Below, in pieces: positions 24,656-38,239 of a DNA stretch of 64,000 nucleotides. This stretch comes from Chiloscyllium plagiosum. Lineage: Eukaryota. The stretch spans positions 70,790,580-70,854,579 of the forward strand of contig NC_057718.1 of assembly GCF_004010195.1 (NCBI RefSeq), in the 5' to 3' direction. Each line of letters begins with the position of its first letter. Positions within the stretch are counted from its first letter, which is position 1. The notes under the pieces are model-generated. The model searched no databases and had not been told where the DNA came from. It saw nothing but the letters and a program-made list of their open reading frames with translations. Both the position numbers and the translations under genes were made by a program.

Positions 24656-26410
24656 AGTTCTAGCACAAACTCCCTTCTCTTAAATTATATGCCTCAGCTA
24701 ATGAAGGCAAATATCATGTATTTTATCCTATGCATGAACCACTTTATCTACCTGTCTCACTACCTTAAGGGTGGTGGAGGATAATCCTTCCTGCTGTTTA
24801 ACATAGTGTTCAATTCGGCATTGCACTTCAAAATGGCAACACTCCATCTAATTAGTGTTACATTCCAGTTTACATCATGATTTCACTACCTGTGATGGCA
24901 CTGGTGAACATTAAGTAGATATATGCAAAACCTTTTCCAAGATGTGGTTCAGAGCATTTCCAACCAGAAGTGGGCACACAGGATACTTCAAAGGTCTCAT
25001 AGGATTCAAAATCTGGGTGCTAAAAAGTCTTACTGTACCTCTCAAGGATTTTGAAGGAGAAGAAAGAGGGTGCAAGGAATTAAGAGAGGTGGTGTTCAAA
25101 GGTGGAGAAAGTACCAAATGAAGGCATTGGTGAGAAGCAACCGAGGAAGATTCTGGGAGAAGTCACTTCAGTCATGACTGTGAAGTGGATCATGGAAATA
25201 AGCTTAGCTGCTAAGGAATCAAGTTTGTACACTGAGTGTGTAGTACCTGAGGAAAGATACTTTTTTGTAGTTTTATCTGCTAGAAACAGAGAGTGGGATT
25301 GAGAGATGTGAATTTGGTGACTAGAGGGTGAGGTGGTGTGATCAGTTCCTGGATTGTTGGCTGTAGTTCATTTAGTTGATTTAGTTGATCAGATTCAAAA
25401 TGGCGGAGAACACGGCCCATGGAGTGCTCCTCATACAATGTGTGGGAAATCAGGGATACTTCCAGTGTCTAGGCTGACTATATATGCAATAAGTATGTTC
25501 AGCTGCAACTTCTGATTTGCCACATAGAGTGCCTGGAGCTGTGAATGGACTCAGTATGGTGCATCCACGAAGCTGAGTGTCATGGATAGCATGTTTAGCG
25601 AGCTGGACACACCAATAAGGAAATCAGGAGGGCGAAAAGGGGGCACGAGATAGCTTTGGATGAGAAGGTTAAGGTGAATCCAAAGAGATTTTTAAGTATA
25701 TTAAAGGGAAATGAACTAGAGAGAGAATAGGACCCCTCAAGGTCCAAAGTGGACATGTATGTGTGGAACCGCAGGAGATGGGTGAGGTCCTCAATGAATA
25801 TTTCTCTACTGTGTTTACCATGGAGAAAGCCATGAAGACTTAGTAACTTGGGGAAGTTAGTGGTGATATCTTAGGAACAGTGGTATTGGATATATTAGAA
25901 TGTATGAAGGTGGTTAAATCTCCTGGTCCGGAACACATATATCCAAGAACACTGGAAGAGGCTAGAGAAGACTCAATGAGGTCCTGAAACAGTGAAGGGT
26001 CGCGAATAAGGAGTTGAAGAAGGGCTGCAAAGAGAAACCTGGGATCTATAGACCAGTAAGCTTAACATCTGTAGTGTTAAGCTTACTTGAGAAGATTCTG
26101 AGGGATGAGATAAAAATGCATTTGTAAAGACAGGGTTTGATTTGGAGTAGTCAGCATGTGTGTGGGAGATCATGCCTCACAAATTTGTTCAAGTTCTTTG
26201 ATGAATATGTTTAGAGTGAGAGGGGAAAATTTAAAAGAGATCTAAGGGGCAACATTTTCAAGAAGAGAGTGGTGTGTGTATGGAATGAGCAGTTAAAGGA
26301 AGTGGTGGAGGCTGGTACAATTACACTATTTAAAAGGCATTTGGATAGGTATATGAGTAAGAAGGGTTTAAATGGATATGGGTGAAATGCTGGCAAGTGG
26401 GACTAGATTA

Positions 26411-26568
26411 AAAAGCACACAACACCAGGTTATAGTCCAACAGGTTTAGCTGGAAGCACTAGCTTTCAGAGCGTTGCTGAAAGCTAGTGCTTCCAATTAA
26501 ACCTGTTGGACTATAACCTGGTGTTGTGTGATTTTTAACTTTGCACACCCCAGTCCAACACCATATCA
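26411..26568. mobile_element. Fold-back terminus insertion of a second PLE-type family
   Basis: Arms cacacaacaccaggttatagtccaacagg / cctgttggactataacctggtgttgtgtg; TSD ggactagatta. Confidence 0.85.
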
Positions 26569-27392
26569 GGACTAGATTAGTTTAGGATATCTGGTCGGCA
26601 TGGATGAGTTGGACCAAAGGGTCTGTTTCCATGCTGTACATCTCTATGACTCAAAGTGACCAAGAAGGTTGTTGAGTGTAGGGCGGTAGACATAGTTTAT
26701 ACGGATTTCAGTAAGGTCTTTGATAAAGTTCCACATAGTAGCTTGCTCTGGAAGGTCAGAATCCAGGTGGACCTGGTAAATTGGATACACCATTGGCTTG
26801 ACGGTAGAAGCAGAGGGTAATAGTGGAAGGGTGCTTGTCGGACTGGAAGCCTGTGACCAGTGGTGCATCTCAGGAGTCGGCTCTGGGCCCATTGCTGTTT
26901 GTTTTCTATATCAATGATTTGGATGAGAGTGTACAAGACATGATTAGTAAGTTTGCAGATGACACTAAACTAGGTGGTATTGTGGTCAGTTAGGAAGATT
27001 ATCAGAAATTGCAATAGGACCTTGATCAACTGCGGAAGTGGGCCAAGAAATGGCAAATGGTGCTGAATATAGGTAAGTGAGAGGTATTGAGTTTTGGAAA
27101 GTCAAACCAAAGTAGGAGTTTCATGGTGAATGTAAGACCTTAAGGAATGTAGTGGAACAGAAGGACCTTGGGGTTTAGGTGCACAGTTCTCTGAAAGTGG
27201 AGTCACAGGTAGATAAGGCAGTGAAGAAGGCTTTTGGCACACTGGCCTTAACTTTTTATGCAACAGGAAATTGACCAGCTCCAATGGAATAGTGAACAGG
27301 ATTAAATGAAATAGGAGCAGAACTTGGTCATTCGGTCCTGAAATTTCTCCACAGAAGTCAGTATCCTGTTACCAAGCCACCCTTTATTTACA

Positions 27393-27655
27393 CATGGAAA
27401 GTCCTTGTCACTGATCCAGCTCCCTCAGAGTCAGCTCTCAGAGTGAACAGAACCTCTGACACTCCTATTTATTTTTTTTACCTCTTGTTTATTTTTATCT
27501 TTTCTGTTTTTTTTCTTTTTTTTCCATGGAAAGTCCTTGTCACTGATCCAGCTCCCTCAGAGTCAGCTCTCAGAGTGAACAGAACCTCTGACACTCCTAT
27601 TTTTTTTTTTACCTCTTGTTTATTTTTATCTTTTCTGTTTTTTTTCTTTTTTTTC
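27393..27655. repeat. Near-perfect tandem duplication, period 132 bp
   Basis: catggaaagtccttgtcactgatcc... starts at 27393 and again at 27525. Confidence 0.95.
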
Positions 27656-28309
27656 AACACTGCTGCCTAACTGTGGTAGTGCTTATTTTTCTCCAGCACC
27701 CATGTTGTGTGTGTGCAGGAGTGAGACACAGTGAAAGACACAAGGTGCACAAATCTTTATTCAATTTCCACCACCAGGAAGAAAAGAAACAACCAAATGG
27801 CCACACATTGGTCTTTATCAGTCAGAAAGTTATGGTCCATTTGTACAGGATGACGAGGCCGTAATTGGAGTGTTGTGTTCAGTTTCGGTCACCTTGCCAT
27901 AGGAAGGATGTTTTTAAACTGGAAAGAGTGCAGAAGACATTTACAAGAATATTGCCAGGACTCAAGGGTCTGAGTTAAAGAAATAGGTTGGACAAGCAAG
28001 GACTTTATTCTTTAGAATGGAATAGATGGAGGGGTTGATTTTATATAAGTATGTAAGATCATGAGAAGCATGAAGTGGGTGAATGCACTCAGTCTTTTTC
28101 CCAGGGTTAGAGAATCAAGGACTAGATGGCATCAGCCTAAGGTGAGGGGGAAAGAATAAAAGAAAACCGGACAGGCAACTTTGTTACACAGACAGTGGTA
28201 CACATATGCAATGAGCTGCAAGCGGAAGAGGGTGAGATGAGTACATTAACAACATTTAAAAGGCATTTCAACAAATACATGAATAGTAAAGGTTTAGAAG
28301 GATATGGGC

Positions 28310-28491
28310 TGAAAATGTGTTGCTGGAAAAGCGCAGCAGGTCAGGCAGCATCCAAGGAACTGGAGAATCGACGTTTCGGGCATAAGCCCTTCTTCAGGAA
28401 TGATTCTTGGATGCTGCCTGACCTGCTGCGCTTTTCCAGCAACATATTTTCAGCTCTGATCTCCAGCATCTGCAGCCCTCACTTTCTCCTC
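28310..28491. mobile_element. Fold-back PLE-terminus insertion
   Basis: TSD ttagaaggatatgggc (16 bp). Confidence 0.92.
28370..28397 (-). ncRNA. Minimal hammerhead ribozyme motif
   Basis: Minus strand: CTGAAGA-A-GGGC-TTAT-GCCC-GAAA-C-GTC. Confidence 0.72.
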
Positions 28492-29039
28492 TTAGAAGGA
28501 TATGGGCCAAGTCCAAAGAAATGGGTTAGACTCGATCAACATTTTGGTCGGCATGACTGATTTGGGCAGAAATGCCTATCTCTTTGCTGTGAACATAGGA
28601 GATATAGTTCGTAAATTTGCAGATGACACCAAAATTGGAGGTTTAGTGGACAGCGAGAAGGTTATCTTGGAGTACAATGGGATCTTGATCAGATGGGCCA
28701 ATGGGCTGAGGAGTGACAAATGGAGGATAATTTAGATAAAGGCAAGATGCTGCACTTTGGAAAAGCAAATCAGAGCAGGACTTATACACTTAATGATAAG
28801 GTCCTAGAGAGTGCTACTGAACAAACAGACCTTGGAGTGCACATTCATAGTTCCTTGGAAGTAGAATTGCAGGTAGATAGGATAGTGAAAAAGACATTTG
28901 GTATGCTTTGCTTTATTAGTCAGAGCATTGAGCATAGGATTTGGGAGGTCAATTCCGGTCTCCTTCCTATTGGTAGTATGTTGTGAAACTTGAAAGGGTT
29001 AAGAAAAAATTTACAAGGATGTTGCCAGGGTTGGAGGAG

Positions 29040-29545
29040 TGTCAGAGGCTGAAGCAAACTATCCTTGTTGTGGTTGGGGGGAGCGTTGTGGGGAAATGGA
29101 GGACATGCAATTGAGGACATTGTGGATAACAGGGGAGGGGAAATTACAGTCCTGGAAGTAGGAGGATATCTGGAATATTCTGAATGGAATCACTTATCCT
29201 GGGAGCAGATACAACAGAGTTGGAGGAATTGGGATTAAGGAGTCACTTTTTACAAGGTAGCTGTGGGAGTTGGTGGGTTTGAAGTAGATGTCAATGTTAA
29301 GTCGGTTGCCAGAAACGGAGAGGTCCAGGAAGGGAAGGGAGGTGTCAGAGATGGTCCATATGAATTTGAGGTCAGGGTGGATGGTACTGGTGTAGTAGAT
29401 GAACTGTTCAAGCTCCTTGTGGGAGCACAAGGCTGCACTAATACAGTCATTGATATAGTGGAGGAAAAAGTGAGGGATGGTGTTGAGAGATTGAGATGGT
29501 TAATGTTGCGACAGCAGTTGGAGATGAAGAACAGTTGTTGCAAGT
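29040..29545 (-). mobile_element. PLE RT fragment
   Basis: HPDLKFIWTISDTSLPFLDLSVS..DIYFKPTNSH. Confidence 0.9.
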
Positions 29546-31195
29546 GATGAATAAATATGTCCCTCTGAGACAGGCAAGAAGTGGTAAGATAAAGGAACCT
29601 TGGATGAGGAGAGCGGTGGAGCTTCTCGTCAAAAGGAAAAAGATAGCTTACATAAGGTGGAGGAAGCTAGGGTCAAGCTCAGCTCTAGAGGATTACAGGC
29701 AGGNNNNNNNNNNNNNNNNNNNNNNNNNNNNNNNNNNNNNNNNNNNNNNNNNNNNNNNNNNNNNNNNNNNNNNNNNNNNNNNNNNNNNNNNNNNNNNNNN
29801 NNNNNNNNNNNNNNNNNNNNNNNNNNNNNNNNNNNNNNNNNNNNNNNNNNNNNNNNNNNNNNNNNNNNNNNNNNNNNNNNNNNNNNNNNNNCCAGCTAAT
29901 GGAAATATTCCACCTGGTATCATTAGCTGATATATGTGCAAGCATTTGAAGTGATCACACTATAATTATCATTCACAGTTTAGTTTGATGTCTTTATTTC
30001 ACATGCTGAATTTCAAAATCATCTTGTTATTTGTGCTGATATTCAAGCTGTTTGCAGTATTATGTTAAGACAAATATGGGGTGGTTTCCTTTGTTTTATG
30101 TTGAGTGTGTGTGATCGATATATATATATATATATGTATGTATAGAGGAAGTGCTATATTTTGCTTCATATAGCTGGTAGAGGAGGATGTTGTTTCAAAT
30201 GGTGAAATTAATAATCGTGTAGATACTCTCCCTGAAGTAAATTGCAGGGTGGTGCCGTGGCTCAGTGGTTAGCACTGCTGCCTCACAGCATCAGAGATCT
30301 GGGTTTGATTCCACCTTCAGGCGACAGTATGGAGTTTGCATGTTCTCCCCTTGTCTGCGTGGGTTTCCTCCGGGTGCTGTAGTTTCCTCCCACAACCTAA
30401 AGATGTGCAGGTTTGGTGAATTGGCTATGCTAAATTGCAGGGGTGTATAGATGAAGGGGTAAATATAGGGGAATGGGTCTGGGTGGGTTACGCTTCAGCC
30501 GGTCGGTGTGGACTTGTTGGGCCGAAGGGCCTGTTTCCACACTGTAAGTAATCTAATCTAAAAAAATGGCCAGCCAAATGGGCAGGGTTGTTAAGAAAGC
30601 ATATGGTTTTGGCTTTCATTAACATCAGGATTGAGTTTAATAGTCGTGAGATCTTGTTGCAGCTCGAAAAAACTTTGGATGGACCGCACTTGGAATACTG
30701 CGTCCAGTTCTGGTCGCCCTATTATAGGAAAGATGTGGATGCTTTGGAGAGGGTTCAGAGGGGGTTTACCACGATGCTGCCTGGACTGGAGGGCTTATCT
30801 TATGAGGAGAGGTTGCCTTTTTTCATTGGAGAAAAGGAGGAGGAGAGGGGATCTACTTGAGGTATATAAGGTAATGAGAGGCATAGATAGAGTCGATAGC
30901 CAGAGACTATTTCCCAGGGCAGAAATGACACGAGGGGTCATAGTTTTAAGCTTTTTGGAGGAAAGTATAGAGGGGATGTCAGAGGCGGGTTCTTTACACA
31001 GAAAGTTGAGAGAGCATGGAATGAGTTTCCAGCAGCAGTTGTGGAGGCAGGGTCATTGGGGACATTTAAGAGACTCCTGGACATGCATATGGTCACAGAA
31101 ATTTGAGGGTGCATACATGAGGATCAGTGGTCGGCACAACATCGTGGGCTGAAGGGCCTGTTCTGTGCTGTACTGTTCTATGTTCTATGTTCTAA
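29545..31195 (+). mobile_element. CR1 fragments on either side of a gap, with unique sequence and a SINE between
   Basis: KIKEPWMRRAVE (29585) and HLEYCVQFWSPYYRKD (30690); tail (gttctat)n at ~31175. Confidence 0.85.
30246..30560 (+). mobile_element. HE1 V-SINE
   Basis: Same motifs. Confidence 0.95.
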
Positions 31196-31199
31196 GTCA

Positions 31200-32055
31200 A
31201 GGAAAGGGAGGAAGCCAGCACGTTGGTGTCCAAGAAGATGGAGTTTGTTGGAGGCAAGAGAAGTGTGGTTGGGAGTCATGATCGAAAAAGTGGCACGGAG
31301 GCGGAGGTGACGGAAAAAGAGTTCAACATTGCAGCGCGGAAAGAATTCATTGACATATAGCTACGATGGAATGGAGATGAGTCCTTTGCTGAGGTCTGAC
31401 CATTTGTCCTCTGGGGTTATAGTAAACACCCGGCGGGGCTTAAGGCTGAGGCTGAGTGGGGAGCTGGAGTTAGGAGTGGGTTGAAGACTGTCTCTGGAGT
31501 GAGAGTATGAGAGAGAGAGGTCATGTGGTTAATGGTGATGTCAGCAGTCACACAACAAGTAGCATCCATGGAGGCAACGTGGTTGACAGCCTCAGTGGAA
31601 GTGACATTGGTGGCGTTCGTGGTGACGGAATTGATATGATCGATGCCACCTGTGGGGGCGGAAGTGATGTTGTTGACGGCGTTCGCAGAAGCGGCAAGGT
31701 CGGAGACATTGGCGGCATGGTCGGCTGTGGCCATGGGAGAGGTATGGTTGGCACAGACCGTGGAAGCGTTCCCTCGTTAGGTTCACACTCCCCACCAAAC
31801 CCCTCTCCACACCTAGAACCTTTCTCTGTTGCCGTCTGAAGTGCAAAACCTGTGCCCTCACCTGTGTCCAAGGCCCCCAAGGGTCATTCCAAATCCGACA
31901 GAGATTTACTTGCAAATCCTCAAACCTCATTTACTGCATCTGGTGAACCCAGATGAGAGATTGAGCACAAACTCGTGCAAGGGTTCAGGGAATATCTCTG
32001 GTCTGTACACACCAAACAACGCAACCTTCCCGAAGTCATCCATTTCTGGCTGAGA
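31200..32055. mobile_element. PLE fragments in opposite orientations (RT N-terminal part on minus, GIY-YIG on plus)
   Basis: Minus strand: LSKGL..FFRAAM. Plus strand: GTF-like start, then CKTCA, IYCIW. Confidence 0.75.
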
Positions 32056-33076
32056 GCAAGAATCCAGCGTGGTATATTGTTACCATGGTGCCAAGATCAA
32101 AGATATCTGAGTAGCCCCAGGATATTTTGAGAAGGGAGGGTGAGAGGCCAGAGGCTGTGATCCATACTGATACTAATGATATCGGCAGAAAGAGATGAGG
32201 TCCTGCAAAGATAGTTCAAGGAATTAGGTAGAAAGTTAAAATGCAGGAGCTCTCAGATTCTAATCTCAGGATTACCTCTTGTGCCACATGCTAATGAGAC
32301 TCAGAATAGGAAGACAGCAAAGTTTAAATATGTGGCTAATTTGCTGGTTTAAGAGGGAGGGCTTCAGGTATGTAGATCATTGGGATGTCTTCTGGGACAC
32401 GTGGACTGTAAAAGCAGAATGGGTTGCACCGAAACAGTAAGATCTGTTCGTGAAACCTTGGAGGGTTTAAATTAGTATTTAGGGGTGGTGTGGGAGGATT
32501 GGAGGATTCTAGAGTATTAGGTCAGCAGGTAAAATGACCAAGGTGGAGTCAGAGACTGAGGCCAATAAAGGTAAGAGAAAGAACAGACAGGAATAGGTTA
32601 CTGAACATGGCAGGGCTGGCAATCTTAAGTGTATTTGTTTTAATGCAAGGAAAATGCCAGGTAAGGCTGATGAACTTCGAACTTGGATTAATATATACAA
32701 CTATGATGTTGTAGGTATTACAGAACTTGATTGAGAGAGGGACAAGATTGGAAGCATAACATTCCAGAGTTTAGATGTTTCAGTCGGGATAGAAAGGGAT
32801 ATAAAAGATGTGGGATAGTTGCATTACCAATAAGGGAGAATATCACAGCAATCCAAGCAAGAACACCTTGGAGGGTTCATCCAGAGAAGTCTTATAGATA
32901 GAGGTCAGGAACAGGAAGGTTGCAAGCACTTTGATGGAATGATATTATAGGCTTCCGAACAGCCAGCCAGAGATAGAAGAATAGATATGTGAACAGACTA
33001 TGGAAAAATCTGAAAATAAGGGGCTTGATGTGGTGGGTGATTTTAACTTGCCCTCTGTTGACTGGAACTCACTTAG

Positions 33077-33255
33077 GGGAGAAAGTGAGGACTGCAGATG
33101 CTGGAGATCAGAGCTGAAAATGTGGTGCTGGAAAAGCACAGCAGGTCAGGCAGCATCCAAGGAACAGGAGAAGGGCTTATGCCCAAAACGTCGATTCTCC
33201 TGTTCCTTGGATGCTGCCTGACCTGCTGCGCTTTTCCAGCAACACATTTTAAGCT
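33077..33255. mobile_element. Fold-back PLE-terminus insertion
   Basis: TSD ctggaactcacttag (33062-33076 and 33256-33270). Confidence 0.92.
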
Positions 33256-35531
33256 CTGGAACTCACTTAGTGCCAGGGGCTTGGATTAGGGGGAGCTTAT
33301 TAGGTTTTGAAATATGTAAATAGTCCAACTAGGGAAGAGGCTGAATTAGACCTGGTATTGGTGAATGAGTCTGGCCAGGTGATCAAGTTTCAGTAGGGGA
33401 GTATTTTGGAAGCAGTGACCCTAATTCTGTAATTTTCAAGTTACTTATGGAAGGAGAACAGTAGACCTCGGGTGAAAGTATTAAATTGGGGAAGGCTAAC
33501 TACCACAATATGAGACAGGAACTAGGGAATGTAGATTGGGAGCAGCTGTTTAAGGGTAAATCCAAATCTGTCATGTGGGAATCTTTTAAATGATAGTTGA
33601 TTCGGGTTCAGGACCAGCATGTCCCTGTGAAAACGAAAGACAAAGATTCAGGAACTTTGGACAAGAGAAATTGAGAGTGTAGTCAAAAAGAAAAAGGAGG
33701 CATACATAAGATTTAGAAAAATTAAGACAGAAACAGCCCTCAAAGAATATAAAGATGGCAGGAGAGAACTTAAACAATGAATTAGGAGGGCTCAAAGGGG
33801 TCATAAAATGTCTTTGGCAAAGATTAAGGAAATACACTCTCGGGAGCAAGAATGTAGATAGTTAAAGGGTACATCACTCAAGACAAAGGAGGGAATTTGT
33901 ATGTGGCACTGGAGCAAGGTCCTTAATGAATACTTTGCATCAGTATTCACAAAAGAGAACTGGTGAATGGTGAGTCGTGGAAGCCTTATATTGATATTCT
34001 AGGGCTTGTCAATATTAAAAAGCTGGTGGTGTAGAGTGTTTTAAGGTAGACAGTCTCCAGGACCTGATAGGATTTATCCCAGAATGTTGTGTGAGGCAGG
34101 TGAGGAAATTACCTGTGCCTTGTATAAAATCTTTATTTCCTCTTTAGATATAGGGGTGGACTGTACCTGGCCAGAAATAGAATGGCCCATGTTTGTTAAC
34201 ACAAAATGACTGATAAGTGGAAAGCAGAATTAAACAGCAGAATTTAAAACTAAATGGTGGACAAAGCAAAACAGTCTGCTCACACACACAGTAAAACATA
34301 AGATACCATAGAACAAACCATTCCAAGGATAATAAAAAGGATCCAGCCTGTTCCCATTCGAAACAGTTCTGACAAGACTACCTAAGGTCCAATAAATGAT
34401 TAACTCCAGCCACACTAAATGAAAAGGTAATTCTCCCAGTAAATGAACAAACACCAGTTGGCAGATAATAGACAATAGGTGCAGGAGTAGCCATTCTGCC
34501 CTTCGAGCCTGCACCACCATTCAATATGATCATGGCTGATCATCCTTGATCAGTATCCTGTTCCTGCCTTATCTCCATAACCCTTGATTCCACTGAGAGC
34601 TCTATCCAACTTTTTCTTAAATAAATGCAGAGACTGGGGCAGAGCATTCCACAAAGCCACCACTCTCTGGCTGAAGAAGTTTCTCCTCATCTCTGTCCTA
34701 AATGGTCTACCCCATATTTTTAAGCTGTGTCCTCTGGTTTGGCACTCACCCATCAGCAGAAACATGATTCCTGCCTCCAGACTATTCAATTCTTTAATAA
34801 TCTTATATGTCTCAATCAGATTCCCTCTCAGATCTGACCAGGGCCCTGTACAGCCCTGTACGGCCCTGTACAGCTGCAGAAGAACCTCTTTGCTTCTAAT
34901 GATATGGCCCATTATCTCCCTAAAACGGCTGAAGATGCAACAGCTCAAGTTATCTTATTGTACTTAGTTTCTTGAAATAACTCAGATTATTAAGACATAG
35001 CTTCTAATAAATAGTCAGCATCATGAGGGTAGTTTTCAGCATAAAAAATTGATATATATAACTAAAGCATAAAGGAAAAAAGCATTTAAACCTAGAAGTG
35101 AAGATTAGTTAGCATTAGGAAAAGACTTCTCTTTTACCCAGAACAAAATAGATTGCTCACAGCCCATTAATCAAAACCTTGACACTAGAAGTACTGTATT
35201 ATTTTAACATCATGAGACATAGGAGCAGAAATTAAGGCATTCAGCCCATCAAGTCTGCACCCCATTCAATCATGGCTAGTAACCCCACTCAACCCCACTC
35301 GCCCACTCTCTCCCCGTATTCCTTGATACTCAAGAGCCTACCTACCTACTATTTGACACTTTATAACTAATGTTAGAACAAATCAATATTACAAATCTTT
35401 CAAGTATGTTAAAACTGTCTTTTGTATTTTTACACATATAATTAGGACAGTGGAAAATGAGGAGTAACTGAATTTGATAAAATAGAATACAATGAATAAC
35501 AGAATTTAAGCTGCCCTTAGAGATAAGTCAG

Positions 35532-35771
35532 GTCGGTAAAAACAATGACTGCAGATGCTGGATACCAGATTCTGGAGTAGAGTGGTGCTGGAAAAGCACA
35601 GCAGTTCAGGCAGCATCCGAGAAGCAGGAAAATCAAAGTTCGGGCAAACCCCTTCATCAGGAATACCCAACGTATTCCTGACGAAGGGCTTTTGCCCGAA
35701 ACGTCGATTTTCCTGCACCTCGGATGCTGCCTGAACTGCTGTGCTTTTCCAGCACCACTCTACTCCAGAAT
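35532..35771. mobile_element. Fold-back PLE-terminus insertion
   Basis: About 105-bp inverted arms; TSD cttagagataagtcag (16 bp). Confidence 0.93.
35678..35705 (+). ncRNA. Minimal hammerhead ribozyme motif
   Basis: CTGACGA-A-GGGC-TTTT-GCCC-GAAA-C-GTC. Confidence 0.72.
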
Positions 35772-36453
35772 CTTAGAGATAAGTCAGCCTGAGACAGACC
35801 CAAAAGAGTACTTTGGAATGTGCATTTCAAGATCCCAAGCCTTGCGATTATAGTAGGTAAAACAGGGTAAAACACTGTTAAACACTGTGAGATCATGGGA
35901 ACCTGGGGCTGTCCATCGGAATGCTCATTGTTAATTAGGTGTCTCACAGGATTGCATGTACGAAGTAAGAGGAAGGAACATAGTGATCACGTTGTATGTG
36001 ATTGTTAACAGAAAATGTATAATAAATGCAACATTTTATTGTAAAATTAGAGTGTATCATGGATCTTCTTTCCGAGGCCAGTTTCAGGGGAATATCCTGT
36101 GTCCCTCTCCCTATATTGACCAGGTTATGCTCGAATACTCATTTTCCACTTGCCTGAATCCTGCTAGTCTCCTGAGATTTCATCCTCAGTTATGATCCTA
36201 CAGCAGAGATCCTAAGGACTGGAGAATACCCAATGTTTAAAGGGCAGCTGGGATAATCTGGGAAGTTACTGACTAGTGTACCTTATGACAGTGGTAGGAA
36301 AATTTTTAGAGAATAGGGTTACAAATAGGATTTATTCACAGTTCTAAAAATATAGACTTATTAGCAATAGGCAGCATGCATTTGTATGGGGAAGGTCATG
36401 TTTCACAAACATGATTGAGTGTTTTTATTGATGAGGCTGGGATGGTAGATGCT

Positions 36454-36765
36454 TAGATTAGATTATATTACAGTGTGGAAACAGGCCCTTCGGCCCAACA
36501 AGTTCACACCGCCCCGCCGAAGCGCAACCCATCCATACCCCTACATTTACCCCTTACCTAACACCAAGGGCAATTTAGCATGACCAATTCGCCTGACCTG
36601 CACATCTTTGGACTGTGGGAGGAAACCGGAGCACCCAGAGGAAACCCACGCAGACACGGGGAGAACGTGCAAACTCCACACAGTCAGTCGCCTGAGGCGG
36701 GAATTGAACCCGGGTCTCCGGCGCTGTGAGGCAGCAGTGCTAACCACTGTGCCACCGTGCCGCCC
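36454..36765 (-). mobile_element. HE1 V-SINE, young
   Basis: Near-identical to the reverse complement of 10821-11135. Confidence 0.95.
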
Positions 36766-38239
36766 ATATGCTGTCCATATGGACTTAGGCAAGGCCTTCC
36801 ACGAAGTCCCTCACAGCAGGCTGACATAAAAGATGATGGTGAAGTCACATGTAGTTCGCTGGTAAAATGAATGCAGTAATGGCTGAGTCATAAAAGACAA
36901 AGATTAGTAGTGGATGTTTTTCAGATTGGAGATTTGTGAATAGTGATGTTATGCAGAGCTCTCATGTTGTTTGTAATATATATAGATGATATAGATAGGA
37001 GAACATAGGCAGTCTGAATTGATACTTTTACAGATAGCACAAAGATTGGATCAGCTGCGGACACAGCAGGATATAGATACGTTAGAGATTTGGGCAAAGA
37101 AATGACAAATAGAAATATGAGGTGGTGCATTTTGGGAGATTTAATGTAGATGGGAAGTATACAGTAAATATAGTTTTCTAGAATGTTACCTGGTTTGGAG
37201 GGCATTAGCTACGAGCAGAGATTGGACAAATGTGGTTTGTTTTCACTTGAATGTCGAATACTGAAGGGCAATCTGATAGACATTTACAAAATTATGAGGG
37301 GTATGGAGAGAATGGATAATCAGAGTCTGTTTCCCAGGGTAGAAATGTCAATTATTAGGAGACACAGGTTTAAGGTAAAAGGAGTAAGCTCAAAGGACAT
37401 GTGAGAGGTGAGTTCTGTTTTGCACAGAGGCTAGTAAGTGCCTTTATTGCACAGCTAGAGAAGATGGTGGAGGTGGATATAATAGGCATTTTATAGGCAT
37501 ATAATATATTTAAGAGGCATTTTGACAGATATATAAATAGGTAGGGAATGGAGGAATACAGAGTGTGTAGAGACAAAATGCTTTTAGTTTAGAATGACAT
37601 CATGTATCAGTGCAGTCTTGGTAGGCCCAGCGGCCTGTTCTTGTGCTGTACTTTTCTTTGTTCTTTGAACAGGGAAGTTACCATGATTAGATTTGGTAAT
37701 ATCCCCCAATATCCCTCCCGAGCACCACACCCCTCTTTCTTAGCCAATATGACTGATTCTGGCATCACCAATTCACCTGGTTTCATCCTTCCATAGCATT
37801 TTGTCATATGATTCCTATCTTCCAAGTGCAGTCCCAATTGGAGACACTACTCCCAAGTGCGTTGACCTAACAGCATTCCAAGTGGCCAACTGTTCCAAAT
37901 TGTTTTATATGTTCTCTTGCAGAGAAATGTCATAAGGAAGTTACACAATCACTCACTCTTAAAAGTCACATTAGTTGCATTGTCAGTTCCCTGCTACATT
38001 GAGACTTTTCACACAGGACAAGGAGTCAGCAATGACATTGCAGGAAAACAAACATTGTAAATGATGTTTACGTTTAAGGTCTGAAAGAGGAACTCCATCA
38101 GACTAACATGGTATTTGTCACTTTGAAACTTCCCAGAAAATTGTCAAAGCATTATGGTCTGTATTTTGCAGTACATCCCAAAATAAAAGGTTCTGGGCAT
38201 TCAGCTGCTCATACTACCTGTGATTTTGTTTTCCAGCAA

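Larger units (their letters stand above)
25300..29040 (+). mobile_element. Composite CR1 LINE: ORF1 zinc-finger start plus deleted ORF2, with nested CR1 ends, PLE ends and an LTR-like piece
   Basis: ORF1-like ECSS..VWEI..ADYICNK at 25420-25500; RT motifs at 26690-26980 and 28600-28990. Confidence 0.85.
35371..36202 (+). repeat. Solo-LTR-like repeat containing a fold-back PLE end
   Basis: TG...CA ends; homologous to 52931-53450. Confidence 0.65.
32050..37650 (+). mobile_element. Long degraded CR1 (ORF1 esterase region, endonuclease, RT, tail) interrupted at ~34150-36200
   Basis: LKCICFNAR..GKADEL..VVGITE, VVGDFNLP and RT remnants; collinearity resumes at ~36203. Confidence 0.85.

Noticed and set aside
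31417..31930. Several overlapping low-complexity ORFs
   Set aside because: GC-rich repetitive part of a PLE fragment that stays open in many frames.
37900..38060. Plus-strand acceptor-like ctcttgcag followed by a 45-codon frame
   Set aside because: The peptide is unrecognised and has no supporting partner exon.
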